A model generated the notes under the pieces. It did not search any database and was not told the origin of the DNA. It worked only from the letters and a program-made list of their open reading frames with translations. A DNA stretch of 63,356 nt, counting the filler, from Octopus bimaculoides (lineage: Eukaryota): assembly GCF_001194135.2 (NCBI RefSeq). It is 4 parts of 4 records of this genome, joined end to end, with 100 filler letters (N's around TTAATTAATTAA, not from the genome) between each part and the next. Parts side by side here need not be neighbours in the genome. Positions count along the whole stretch, not along the records: positions 44,635 to 63,356 come from NC_068991.1; 3 more parts are not named here. The stretch is one strand, 5' to 3'. Positions 47,260 through 59,129 of the stretch are shown here, one piece after another. The translations under genes and the position numbers were made by a program. Positions within the stretch are counted from its first letter, which is position 1. Each line of letters starts with the position of its first letter.

Positions 47260-48850
47260 GAAAGTGAAAAAGGTTACTTACTTTGTTCTGGCCGAAGGAC
47301 GAGTCATTCGGCCCTCCAGCTTATTATCGTTGCTTCCCCGTTCAACTTTTTGCATAGTCTTTTGATTACTGTATCTCAGAAAACCCCTAAGTCTTTGGGT
47401 AATTTTGTTTGGTGATCGCTTAAGTAGTTTCTGTAATGAATATACGGGATGGTATATTGTAACAACGTGTTGTGAAGGGTTTGTATGTCTGTCTGTTGGT
47501 TTAAATTATCCGTTCCTTTGCTATTTTGTTTACGGCTGTGAAGTTTGTGATATTTTCTCTAAAGCATATTGTTGTGGGTTTTATGTGGATTTTGCTGTGT
47601 TTGTTGTAGTGTCGAGGGTGTCAGTGTGGATGGAGGTGGAACGGATGTGTGACCGGTTTGTGGAAACTCTGCTTCCTCTCGAACACCCCGGCCATTTTTT
47701 ACCTTCTTCATTTTCTTCTCTTGACTGCTTTATTTCCCCCTCGTTACTCAACATGTCACAGCGGTCGCATATGGGGAAGGTATACTTCTACGGGTCTTGA
47801 TTATTTGTTCTTTTATATCTAATTTTATTTATTTATTATTTTCTTTTTTGATTTTGCTTTTGTGAAACGCTTGTTGATGTTACTTGTGTTGTGATTGTTG
47901 TTGTTGTCGCTGCAGCTGTTGATTTCTGTTGCTGGTGTTGTGGTAGCTACTGTTGCTCTTGTTGATGTTTTTACGGGTGATAATGAAGTTGCTGTTGCTG
48001 TTCCTACTGTCGTTTTTATTGTCGTTGTTGTTCTTGCAGTTGTTTTTATTATTGCTGCCGCTAACATCTCTGTTGTGATATCTACTACTGCTACTGTTGT
48101 TGTAATTGCTGTTGCAGCTAACCTTGTTGTTGTTGTTTTTGCGTGTTGGGTGTCGGCAACAGTGTTTTTCTTCCAGGTAGTGTTGGACAGAAGATCCTTA
48201 GATGGTTGTTGTCTCTACCTACTTGACACTTAGGTCTTCTACTCTCCTCCACCATGAACAGTTGTATACCATTTGATAAACTAATTGAGTCATGGATGAT
48301 TTCCTGGTTCTTACGTTCGGTTTGAATCAGAAGGTCCATTTCTACCACAGACCAGTTTTCCTTGCACAGCTTGTGAACTTCGAAGATAGTTGTTTTGGAC
48401 TCGATACCCAGCAGATATTGATTTTTGGTAGGGTATCGATTATTCTTAATCTAGTTATTCACCGATCTTGGTAATGCAGTATGAGAACAAACTCTTCACG
48501 GTTAGGATGATTATGGAATACTTTTTGTCGTTGTTGCTTCACTCGGAAACTGTGCCGAACATTCTGTCTCTCGTTTTGTAGATTTGGAGGCACCAAACTG
48601 ACTTCAGGCATCTTTCCGTTTTTGGCTCAATTCGTTCGATCCCCTCACCTAGTCTTCATGCCAATGCATTCGCATATAATTATTTTTCTGTTGATGTCTT
48701 ACAGAATTGATTCAAGCTCATACAAGGACACTTCTCGCCTAGACTTTTTTTCCACAAGCCTTCCCGCTTGTGTTATACTTTCGTTTGGTAGCTCGATTTG
48801 CGTTTATGAAAGACCCAGGTTTTCAGCTGGGAATGTTTTTATTTTTGCTG
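47260..48850 (-). mobile_element. Second Tx1-like ORF1 fragment, a diverged relative of the 18835-21356 element
   Basis: WSVVEMDLLIQTERKNQEIIHD...EESRRPKCQVGRDNNHLRIFCP..RKTLLPTP aligns with YWSGMTIELFIQTIQRNLELIPD...DGRKAKCHVCFSANHLKAHGP..APLLPTP. The C-terminal YSLQKL...LRGFLRY aligns with YSLSKS...LREFLTI. Confidence 0.75.
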
Positions 48851-49774
48851 GCAGTTAAGCTAGTAGTGATGATGAAGATATATTTTATTACTGTTACTGA
48901 TTGTTCCTGACAAGTGGTAGCGGTGACGGTGGCGGTGGTGGTGGCGGCGGCGATGATGGTACTTACATCATTATCATACACTGTTTTACTTGTCTTGTCA
49001 TTACAATTGCTGTTATTGCTACTGTCATCACTAACTGTGGTGGTGGTTTTGGTGGTGGTAGTNNNNNNNNNNNNNNNNNNNNNNNNNNNNNNNNNNNNNN
49101 NNNNNNNNNNNNNNNNNNNNNNNNNNNNNNNNNNNNNNNNNNNNNNNNNNNNNNNNNNNNNNNNNNNNNNNNNNNNNNNNNNNNNNNNNNNNNNNNNNNN
49201 NNNNNNNNNNNNNNNNNNNNNNNNNNNNNNNNNNNNNNNNNNNNNNNNNNNNNNNNNNNNNNNNNNNNNNNNNNNNNNNNNNNNNNNNNNNNNNNNNNNN
49301 NNNNNNNNNNNNNNNNNNNNNNNNNNNNNNNNNNNNNNNNNNNNNNNNNNNNNNNNNNNNNNNNNNNNNNNNNNNNNNNNNNNNNNNNNNNNNNNNNNNN
49401 NNNNNNNNNNNNNNNNNNNNNNNNNNNNNNNNNNNNNNNNNNNNNNNNNNNNNNNNNNNNNNNNNNNNNNNNNNNNNNNNNNNNNNNNNNNNNNACTCTC
49501 AAAAAGGGAGTCCCCGTTTATAGACAGAATTAAGGGGGAATATTTAGAAGCAAGTTCTACTCTCCTCACGAAATCACCCCCTCCCTCCTCCAGTAAGCTG
49601 ATTGTGACGGACGATGCCATATTTTTAATTAATGCTTTTCCAAAGCAAAACTTCTGGAATATTCTTTTCTAATGTTTGGCGTCAAAGGATGGAGAAACAA
49701 AGGAACCACCAGCTCGGCGAAGTTTTCCTTAGCTTCTCAACAAAATATATAACAATAATTGACAACAAAAACCT

Positions 49775-50060
49775 CTTCATGAGGTAGTGAGTTCGATTCC
49801 CGGACCGGATTCTGTGTTGTGTTCTTGAGCAAGACACTTTATTTCACGTTGCTCCAGTTCTCTTAGCTATAGAAATGAGTTGCGATGTCACTGGTGCCAA
49901 GCTTTATTGGTCTTTGCCTTTCCCTTGGATAACATCAGTGGCGTGGAGAGGGAAGGCTGGTATGCATGGGTGACTGTTGGTCTTCTATAAACAACCTTGC
50001 CCAGGGTAACTTTCTAGTTGCAACCTCATAGTCATTCACGACTGAAGGGAATCTCTCTTT
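49775..50060 (+). mobile_element. CORE-type tRNA SINE (family C), 5'-truncated head
   Basis: Box B gagttcgattcc, then gttgtgttcttgagcaagacactttatttcacgttgctccagtt...aaatgagttgc, which resembles the CORE domain. Confidence 0.75.
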
Positions 50061-50334
50061 AAATTTACAGACAGCTTTCGAATACATATTACTAGTACAG
50101 AAACAACAGCAACCAAAATTATAGTAATTGCTTCTAGCATAGGCACAAGGCCTATTTTCTAGCTCTTCTGAAATAGAATATTTTGATCTCAGACGAGCTA
50201 ATGAGTTAGCAAACGCGGAAATTCTTTACTAAAACATTAAATTTGTAAAATAGAACTATTTACCCCCCACCATGTTTTTACTTGAATGGAGTTCTCTTTG
50301 GATTCCTGGTCTTTTTGACCATTGACACAAGAAT

Positions 50335-50394
<60 letters not shown>

Positions 50395-50929
50395 GTCAGC
50401 AATGAGGGTGAAAGATAGGAATACAAGTATATCAAATACTATATATATATATATATAAAGGTATTTTTATTAACGTTTCAAAAACGGAAACTATAGCCGT
50501 TTTCTTGAATAATGTGTACAAACAGTAAATAAAAAGCACATCTGCTATTCCAAGAAACATTTTTAAAAGTTTCAGCTTGCCTGCACTGTTGCTTTTAGTG
50601 ATGCTGGAGTTAGAAGAAGGATGACATTAATGATAAACGTGGAATATTATCAGGGCTTTAAAAAATGGGCTAGAGACCATGGCGTAGCGGGTTGAACCGT
50701 ACAGGGCGGCCTTTTTGTGCTTGTTCTATTAGAAAGTATGTAACGTTTAATGAAGGGACATCCAATTCGGCTAACACGCAGTGAGGCCCAAACCGATGCT
50801 ACACTACTAACTAGGAATGATTCTAAAACTTGCTTTTTTTTTTTGTCTCTGTAGATATAATTTTTTTTGTTCTCCTTAATCTCATCTCTAGTATCTATCA
50901 TCCCTCAAATTTCATGAGATTTTTGCGTA

Positions 50930-51460
50930 GTTGATATTTATCTTTCTCTCACTAATCTTCTTGCAGCAGGCAGTAGCTTTGTGGACAAGCGCAGATAATT
51001 TTCTTGACTTTAGTGCTTAGTTCAAGAAGCTCAAAATAAGCGTACCCTTCCCAGTCCTGCCGAAATCTACCATCTGTTTATGGGCGAATTTCTTGGACTC
51101 CTAAACGTCTCCCTCTTCAATGGATTTCTGTGAACTCCAGCCCGTCAAACCCTTATTGCTCATTCCTGGACATCATCTTTTTCAGTTCCCAATTGCAGTT
51201 GCTTGCTCACTTTCAGTGGGTTGTTGACATTTAAATTCATTTCCTCTGAACATAAGTTGAAGTTATTGGTAATCAGTGGGCAGAAATTGTTCCAAACATC
51301 ATTCACATTGGTAGTATTAACCACATGCCAGAAAGCATCATTGTTATAGTGCTTTTAGAACTCACACAGTTTTACTCTAATCTTTCCTCTTTCCTCCATC
51401 ACCATCTGTGTGAACATTCTGTGCTGGAAGTTGGCCTTAAAACTGACTGAGACATCTTAG
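50930..51460 (-). mobile_element. Tigger/pogo DNA transposase C-terminal remnant
   Basis: Minus frames: VNDVWNNFCPLITNNFNLCSEEM...KVSKQLQLGTEKDDVQE and KKFAHKQMV...LSALVHKATACCKKI (cf. KFT.KEMA...V.NA..CY..IY). Confidence 0.6.
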
Positions 51461-51877
51461 TCCATAGACTGAAGGGCTGAGGAAACATATTGGCTTTATA
51501 TACTCCAAAAGAAGACGCGCTCCTTCTCTTCCCCTTTCTTTCTCTCTCCTCATCTCTCTGTCTTTTTTTATCTTCACCTCTGTATACAAATCTATCCTCC
51601 TAACTTAGTAACCGACTTACTGCCCTTACCACATATATATTAAAATTTTCCATCAATTTCTTCATATTTTTGAAATGCTTTAACTGAGGAAGGTTACCTT
51701 AATAGATGTATTTCCTATTATATTTTACACAAACCAGATACGTGTTAAGCGATTTCAAAATATCACTATTTTGATTGACTTCATTATTACAGATAGTAAA
51801 TATATAATATAACGTTTATAAGTGTGTGTGTGTGTGCGTATATGTGTGCTTGTAAGATCGNNNNNNNNNNNNNNNNN

Positions 51878-51947
<70 letters not shown>

Positions 51948-51989
51948 TCACCCTTATAGAAATATGGCTTGTAAATTAATATAACCATC

Positions 51990-53450
51990 GACGGTGGACA
52001 GGGGAAAGCGTGAGAAAGCAAATAGAGAACCAAAAAGTAACAAAACTCCTGACTTCGATGAAATAACAGTCGAATTAATTAAAAGTGATAATAAGCATAT
52101 AACAGCATACTTTCACAAAATATACAGCTCGGTCTGGATAATTGGGTTAGGTCAATATTCGTACCTATTCCCCCAAAACGATATAACTATTGCACTGATA
52201 AGCCAATGGAGCAAAATTCAACTCAAAATTATCTCAAACAGAACCAAATAAGCTAGAAGAAATTAGTGAAGAACGGGCAGGTTTTAGACCCGGAAGAAGA
52301 ACCATAAACTGCATACTGAACCTTAAAATGGTGACTGGAAAGAATCACAAATATAATAGCAATATCCTGTTATGTATCCTTGATTACACAAAAGTAGTCG
52401 ATAACGTCTCATATGATGTCCTATGGATCAATGTATCAATGTGATCAAAACGTGATTCTCTTCCCATATAGTAGATCATATAAAGTCTACTATATGTGAA
52501 GAGAAACTTATAACCCAAACAAAGAACAACAGTCCAAGCAACCTATGGACTAACAAACTGGTTTGAAATTGAACGAGGTGTCCGCCAGTGTTGCATCCTT
52601 CCTCCGCACCTCTTTAATATGTATTTTGAGGCAATAATGAGAGACGCGCTGTATGGTTTTACTGGAAGCATCAAAATTAATGGCAAGATCACACATATCT
52701 GAGGTGTGCAGACGATGTAGTCCTCGGAACTGGCAGCATGCAAGAACTGCAAAATTTAGTTAATAGAGTAAACAATACAAATATTCAAGTTAGGCTTCAT
52801 CTAAATTTTAAAAAAAACAAAACAATAAGTTATGAAAATAACAAACAATGAACAAGATTACATAAGAATGAATAATGAAAATATCGAAAACGTAAAAGAA
52901 TTTGTGTCCGTAGGCACTCTTATTACCAATGACTACAATGACACCCATGCGAAGACTCGGATTAGCCAAGAATGCTATTATATCACTGAACAAGATATGG
53001 AAGACTAAGACCATCTCCCTGAGAACAAAAAAAAAAATGATTCCTCAATTCATTGATAGTTAACATAGTCACCTATGAAACTGAAAACTGGAATATAAAG
53101 AAAATTGAAAATGGAAAATAGAAGCATTTAAGCAATGGTGTTTTAGACGCATTCTCAGAATTAGCTGAACGGATAAAAGAACTAATGAGCGGGTCCTTCG
53201 CATGATAAGGTGCCAGAAAAGACGGTTAGATACTATCATAAAAAGAAAATGGACCCTCACCAGTTATATACTTAGAAGACAAGACATTGACAAGTTTCTG
53301 TTAACAGGTGCGGCATATGACAAAAGAACAAGAGGAAGACCTAAAACCAGATTTAGTGATATAAAAAAAGCTAGTGGCAGAAGTTTTTCAGAACTGTGTC
53401 AACTGGTAAAAGACAGACATGAGTAGAGGGCCGCAGTGGCTCAATTATCT
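51990..53450 (+). mobile_element. Decayed RTE (BovB-like) LINE RT and 3' end
   Basis: KTPDFDEITVELIK, GFRPGRRT, LDYTKVVDNVSY, FEIERGVRQCCILPPHLFNMYFE and RTRGRPKTRFSD. Confidence 0.85.
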
Positions 53451-53483
53451 GAACTTTCCGCCTAGAGAGAGAGGGGGAGGGAG

Positions 53484-53552
<69 letters not shown>

Positions 53553-53944
53553 AATGTATATCTATCAAAATACAATACAGATCAGTTTGGTTTCTTTATA
53601 TTGAGCATAGTTCATCAGTAGGGAGGCAAGAAACGGGAAGGCGTTTTATATAGTAGTTCTCCCACATATTGAGCTGTTCTGGTCTTTCCGTAACGTTACT
53701 CGGTCACAACTGTAGATCTGAGCAAGTATTTTCAAAGAACTAAACAATAAAATACAAACGAAGATCAGATTATACAGGACTGTTGTAATCACGGTAATTC
53801 ACCGGTATATGATTCAAATATATGACAGAGAGCTCTATCAAATGATATTCAAGGAAGGATCTAATGTTGCTAAATCTGTTGAAGTCTATAGTTTAGATAA
53901 CAGTACTCAATTCAAAAACAGAGTGTGTGTGTGTGCGTGTATGC

Positions 53945-53990
<46 letters not shown>

Positions 53991-54029
53991 AAATAAAGAA
54001 TATATATACATGTATACACACATATATGT

Positions 54030-54183
54030 ACATACTTACATCTACATGTGTATATATATGCATATCAGGGTACAGGACGTTAGAACAATGAACTACAGAC
54101 AAAGGAACGAACACATAGGAAAACGGAAAGCCACTTGGAATATCCATTCATCAGCTGTCTCTATTCTAACTAGACGTTTCGAA
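54030..54183 (-). repeat. Dispersed repeat homologous to 1964-2160
   Basis: Reverse complement: ttcgaaacgtctagttagaatagagacagctgatgaatggatattcc...aacgtcctgtaccctgatatgcat. Confidence 0.7.
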
Positions 54184-54232
54184 GATATATACATACATAT
54201 ATAGGGAGAGAGGGGTAGGTAAAGAGATAAAG

Positions 54233-54297
<65 letters not shown>

Positions 54298-54584
54298 CAT
54301 ACATACATACATACATACATACATACAAACATACATGCGTACGTACTAGCATACATACATACAGATATACGAATATAAATCTACCAATACATCATACAAA
54401 GCGTTAGAATTGTTTGTTCAGCAGTTTAACATTCCAGCTTAATAGACGTTTTACTTCGTCAGGTGGTAAACTGTACCCACATGTTCAATTTTCAACTGAA
54501 TTTAATTGGTGGGCAATTAAAGAAGAAAGTGAGTGAGCGAGCGAGCGAAAGAGAGAGAAGGCGAGGAAGAGACAGAGTGAAGAG

Positions 54585-54650
54585 GCAGATAGACAGGGTG
54601 AGACAGATAGACAGGGTGAGACAGATAGACAGGGTGAGACAGAGACAGAT
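54585..54650. repeat. 18-bp tandem repeat (gacagatagacagggtga) x3
   Basis: Direct reading. Confidence 0.85.
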
Positions 54651-55014
54651 AGACAATCTTACAACACAGACCACAAGATTCCTAAACTGGTGCTCTTCCA
54701 GTGTGCCAAGCGTCTGGGTGTAAAGAATTCTTAAAATGTGAAAAGCGGAGGTGTTGTGTTAGGCTGACACAGAATATCTCCTACGCCCAACAAATCGCCT
54801 TTATATTATTTATATTTTTTTATATATTGTACTACGTTGAGCCAAACGATTTCTCTTCAACGAAAATTACAAACACGTTCTTTTATCCATTTATTCATAT
54901 ACTGACATGTTTCGGTTGGAAATTTGCCATTCTATGAATGTATAAATGTGTAATATAAATTGCGCATTTGAGTCTCTCTCGATTTCTCACGTGTATCCCC
55001 CCTTCTCTCTCTCA

Positions 55015-55075
55015 TTTCTTTCTTTGTTTCAGTCATTAGACTACGGCCATGCTGGGGCACCGCTTTGAAGAATTT
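55015..55075 (-). mobile_element. SINE B / RTE 3' tail stub
   Basis: ttgtttcagtcattagactacggccatgctggggcaccgc. Confidence 0.8.
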
Positions 55076-55082
55076 TAGTCGA

Positions 55083-55132
<50 letters not shown>

Positions 55133-55474
55133 ATTAGCTCCTCAGCTACACTTTGGCTTGAATAGTTTGAGATTTGGTTCAGTAGAAAACAAGTTACATC
55201 AAAATATCTGTGACCTCAAGCGGGGCAGTAAGGCACCTCTTCACCTTCAATTAACATAAACTTTTTAATTTTAAAATAAAAGTATACTTTTCTTAGGCTT
55301 AAATGATAGAAAATGTATGAGGAATTCAGAGTCGTTAGTCGCATTGAACAAAAATTAGTAGAAGAAAAGTTATGGGGTGAAATGCCACGAAATTTCGTAT
55401 CAGTAAGAGAGTAAGGATGTAACGCTTAGTAATAAGAATAAAGAATATATTGCTAACATGAATGATCCCGTCCA

Positions 55475-55605
55475 AAAGCGGCGAGCTTGCAGAAACGTTA
55501 GCACTTCGGCCGAAATGCTTAATGGTATTTCGCCTGTGTTGACATTTTGAGTTCAAATTCCGCCGAGGTCGACTTTGCTTTTTATCCATTTCGGATCTAT
55601 TCAAT
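55475..55605 (+). mobile_element. SINE family A 5' part
   Basis: gcggcgagcttgcagaaacgttagcac...gagttcaaattccgccgaggtcgactttgc. Confidence 0.85.
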
Positions 55606-56329
55606 TTGACGTACAGATTATTTAATTTTTTTTAAACTAAACCCTTTGAAATTTCCGATACTGGTACAATGTGTCATATGCAACTGGGTTTACTCTTACC
55701 GTTTTTGACAAAATTTTGTATTTTAGAAGTTATTTCGTCACAAGTTACAGAGTGACAATGGACAGATTCGTGCTTGATAAGTGCCAATACACGAAACTCT
55801 CAGCTTTTGACTTACTCTCTAACTTCTGCCGATGATATATATGCATATTATATATACATGTGTAAAAAAAAATCTCATTACGCAGTCAAATCAATGAAAG
55901 AGCCTCTACCTGGTCGCTCGACACGCTAAAAATAGCAGCCAATGTATCCCCCTACCCAGTATTTTATAAGGTAAAATCCTAAATTATTAATTGACACATT
56001 ATTAATTATCTTATAACAGCAATGCCTGGAAAAATCACGGATTACATGGAAAAATGCGAGCATGGAAAGTAATATTCTTAAGATTATAAACCTGGAAAAG
56101 TACAGGACACGTTATTACACCTGTAAAAGAATAGGACAAACTATTACTTCAAGTAAAGTAAAGAATAAGAAACTAAAGCTAAAATTAAAATTTGAATATT
56201 TAAAAATATTCTATTATAGTTTACAAATGACACTATACTTATTTAAGTAGAATTTGGCTAATTTACTACCTTAAATACAGAAAAAAAGGACTAATTAGAC
56301 AAACTTACACAATAGCTGAACAGTTTTGT

Positions 56330-58050
56330 ACAATAAATTTAAAAGATGAGAACTGTAAAGAGTGATAAATTAGAAGAACTGGCATACTTTGCTGCGATAG
56401 TGGTCGAGATTGTGGTAGTGTTCCCGGCAGTGTCAGTAGGATGGGTTCGGTTGTAATTATGTGAGTTTTGATAGTAAAGAGAAAGCGTTTGTCTATTAGA
56501 GGCTGCTACAATAGATTCGAAGTTGGGTGGGGCAGAATAGGATAGTGTCAGGGTGGATCTATTAAAGATAGAACAATATTTATGTTGCCGAGGGAAGTTA
56601 GAATCTAGTATTTTAAAAAAGGATTTAGCTAATTTCTAAACGTTGAGTGAGAAGTGGGGTGTAACACAGAATAGAGCGTCCGCCGGTTTTTTTAAGGGTG
56701 TCTGGGAGTAGTGCTATCTATGTTTTTAGATAAAGGAGTGCTATCTCTATTTTTGGAGAATGGAGTTGGGTGGCAAGGCCTGTTGTTGTTAGCTGTTTTA
56801 GTAGTTTTAGTTTTTGACCTAGTGTTAAATGTATGTGTGTGGGGTCTTGGTTTCCTAGGTGTAAGATCTTCCAGGGTTCTAACAACGAGTGTGTGTGGTT
56901 GGTTGCGATTGTGATGGTTGGTGCGTCTTTGAGATGTGATTTGAGATATATATTGTTTGAGCCTGGTGTTATGGATGTATTTTATTTGTTGGGAAAAGCC
57001 GCTAGCGGTGAGTGCTTGATTGTAATATGGTACGTGATTATTGAAAATTTCCTCAGTGGAAGAGAGGTCGCATATGCAGGTTGAGATGCCCTTGATTATG
57101 TTATCAACAGTAGATTTGTGGTGATTGGAGTGGATGTTAAGGTATTTAAGATATTGGTTAGGTTTGTGGTAAGGGGAGTATTGGGAGGTTGATAAGTTTA
57201 GAGTTACGCCTAGAAAGTTAGCAGTTTTGTGAGCGTTTTCGAATGTGATAGACACGTTTAGATTAGAGAAGAATTTATGCAGATCCTTTCTAGTTCTTTC
57301 CAAGGAGGATTTATTTATGCTTTTGGTAACTAGGAAGGCGTCATCCCTTATAAGCCTCCCTTGATGTTAGGGAAATGTATATGGAGTTGGTGGAGTATAT
57401 ATAGTCCAACCAAGTCAGTGACCTGAGCTGAATCAGATGATCCCATGGTTATGTCGAATAGGTTGCTATGGTTATTGTTGTGGTGATTGGCCCGGCACCA
57501 GAGTTTGTCTTCAAAAGAAATTAGGGTTTTGCGAGCATTAAGTATTATGTTAAGTTCTAGTGGGGTTAGGTTAGTAAGGTTCTTAGCTAGAAGAAGAGCT
57601 TGATTTAGGAGTTTAGGAGAAATAGAAGAGTAGTAATTATTTATGTCGAATTGTAGGAAGGAATATGAGTTTTTGATCTTTAGAAGATAGAACCACGTAA
57701 TAACTTCACCAGTATGGGACCATAGGTTAACATTTTATTTGTCCTTGACGATTGGTATTATTTTGTCTAAAATGTTTTTGCTTACCCTTTCTATGTCGGA
57801 TTTGTTGGGGCATATTAGGCGTATTGAAGGTTTGGTAATAAAGTCTTTCTTTTGATCCTTGAGGTTAAAGTGTGGAGGTCTAGGGCAGTATGGTTCGGTT
57901 CGGTCATCCACTTGTAATTTCCTCATAAGTTTGCAGTGGTTGGTATCGATTTCATCTAGGGCAGATGTTGGTGCCAGCTTGTAGGATTTGTTGATTTCTT
58001 TCTTTATGAATTTATCGTATTCCTCAATGGTAATGGGGTACATATTTCCT
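56330..58050 (-). mobile_element. Penelope-like element (Naiad/Chlamys-type), RT + thumb + linker, few disablements, GIY-YIG missing
   Basis: PHFNLKDQKKDFITKPSIRLICPNKSDI, FLQFDINNYYSSI, LFDITMGSSDSAQVTDLVGLYIL, GGL-Y/RDD (1-nt frameshift), NFLGVTLNL, HSNH and ILDSNFPRQHKY..IFNRSTL.LSYS. One TAA at 57735. Confidence 0.92.
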
Positions 58051-58074
58051 CTTATATATATATATATATATATC

Positions 58075-58284
58075 GTCGTCGCTACGACGACGAGGGTCCC
58101 AATTGATCCGATCAATGGAACAGCCTGTTCGTGATATTAACGTGTAAGTGGCCGAGCACTCCATAGACACGTGTACCCATAATATAGTTCTCGGGGAGAT
58201 TCAGCGTGGCACAGAGTGTGACAAGGCTGGCCCTTTGAAATACAGGTACAACAGAAACAGGAAGAAAGAGTAAGAGAAAGTTGT
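58075..58284 (-). mobile_element. SINE-like repeat 3' part (family E)
   Basis: Reverse complement: ...tttcaaagggccagccttgtcacactctgtgccacgctgaatctccccgagaac...ggctgttccattgatcggatcaattgggaccctcgtcgtcg, ending in (TA)n. The family is recalled from memory and there is no second copy in the window. Confidence 0.55.
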
Positions 58285-58480
58285 GGTGAAAGAATACAGC
58301 AGGGNNNNNNNNNNNNNNNNNNNNNNNNNNNNNNNNNNNNNNNNNNNNNNNNNNNNNNNNNNNNNNNNNNNNNNNNNNNNNNNNNNNNNNNNNNNNNNNN
58401 NNNNNNNNNNNNNNNNNNNNNNNNNNNNNNTATATATATATGTATGTATGTATACATATGCATTTATGTATGTACATACA

Positions 58481-58514
<34 letters not shown>

Positions 58515-59129
58515 CATACAATCACTCGCATATATAATTCAGTAATATTTTCCTAAATCAGTTGAAATTATCAGCCACAATGTTGATGCGCAGAATTAAC
58601 TATAGCATCTTTCTACAGTTTTCTTAGTTCTGTCAGACAACGGCATCAAGCTTTCTCTACTTGAATTGTGCAGATGAATCCCACAATACGCTTAATTCAT
58701 ATCGTATGTTTCAATTAACACGTATTAACATGTAACTCGGGTGGTTAATATTTAAGATATTTACTGCGGTTGTATTTGTAGTGAGTTTTTTTTTTTTTTT
58801 CTTCAATTATGTTTTGTGTTTACCAGATGGTTTGTTATAAGTGGAATCAGTGTGTGTTGCTTGGAACCAAATCTACTCTGAACAACATCTGTCTTCTAAA
58901 ACCTGACAAGACTGAAATGACGACGTGCGTATGTTATAGTCCTCCTAGCTGAGAGTGTGCTTGAGAACGTTATGTAAATTAGTCGCATCTATGTATGGCT
59001 TGGCCGGTTGAGCTATGATAACAGTTAAGTTTCTAGGTCGAGGACTCAGAGGAAACTGTGCAGTGCGACTAATGAGATACGACTGTCATTCCTCTCTCGA
59101 TTTATAGCAGTATTTTTTATCATTTAATT

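Noticed and set aside
47285-47335. GC-rich hairpin ggccgaa/ttcggcc resembling HHR stem II
   Set aside because: The flanking core motifs do not match, and the region is explained as the coding end of the Tx1-like ORF1, homologous to 20970-21010.
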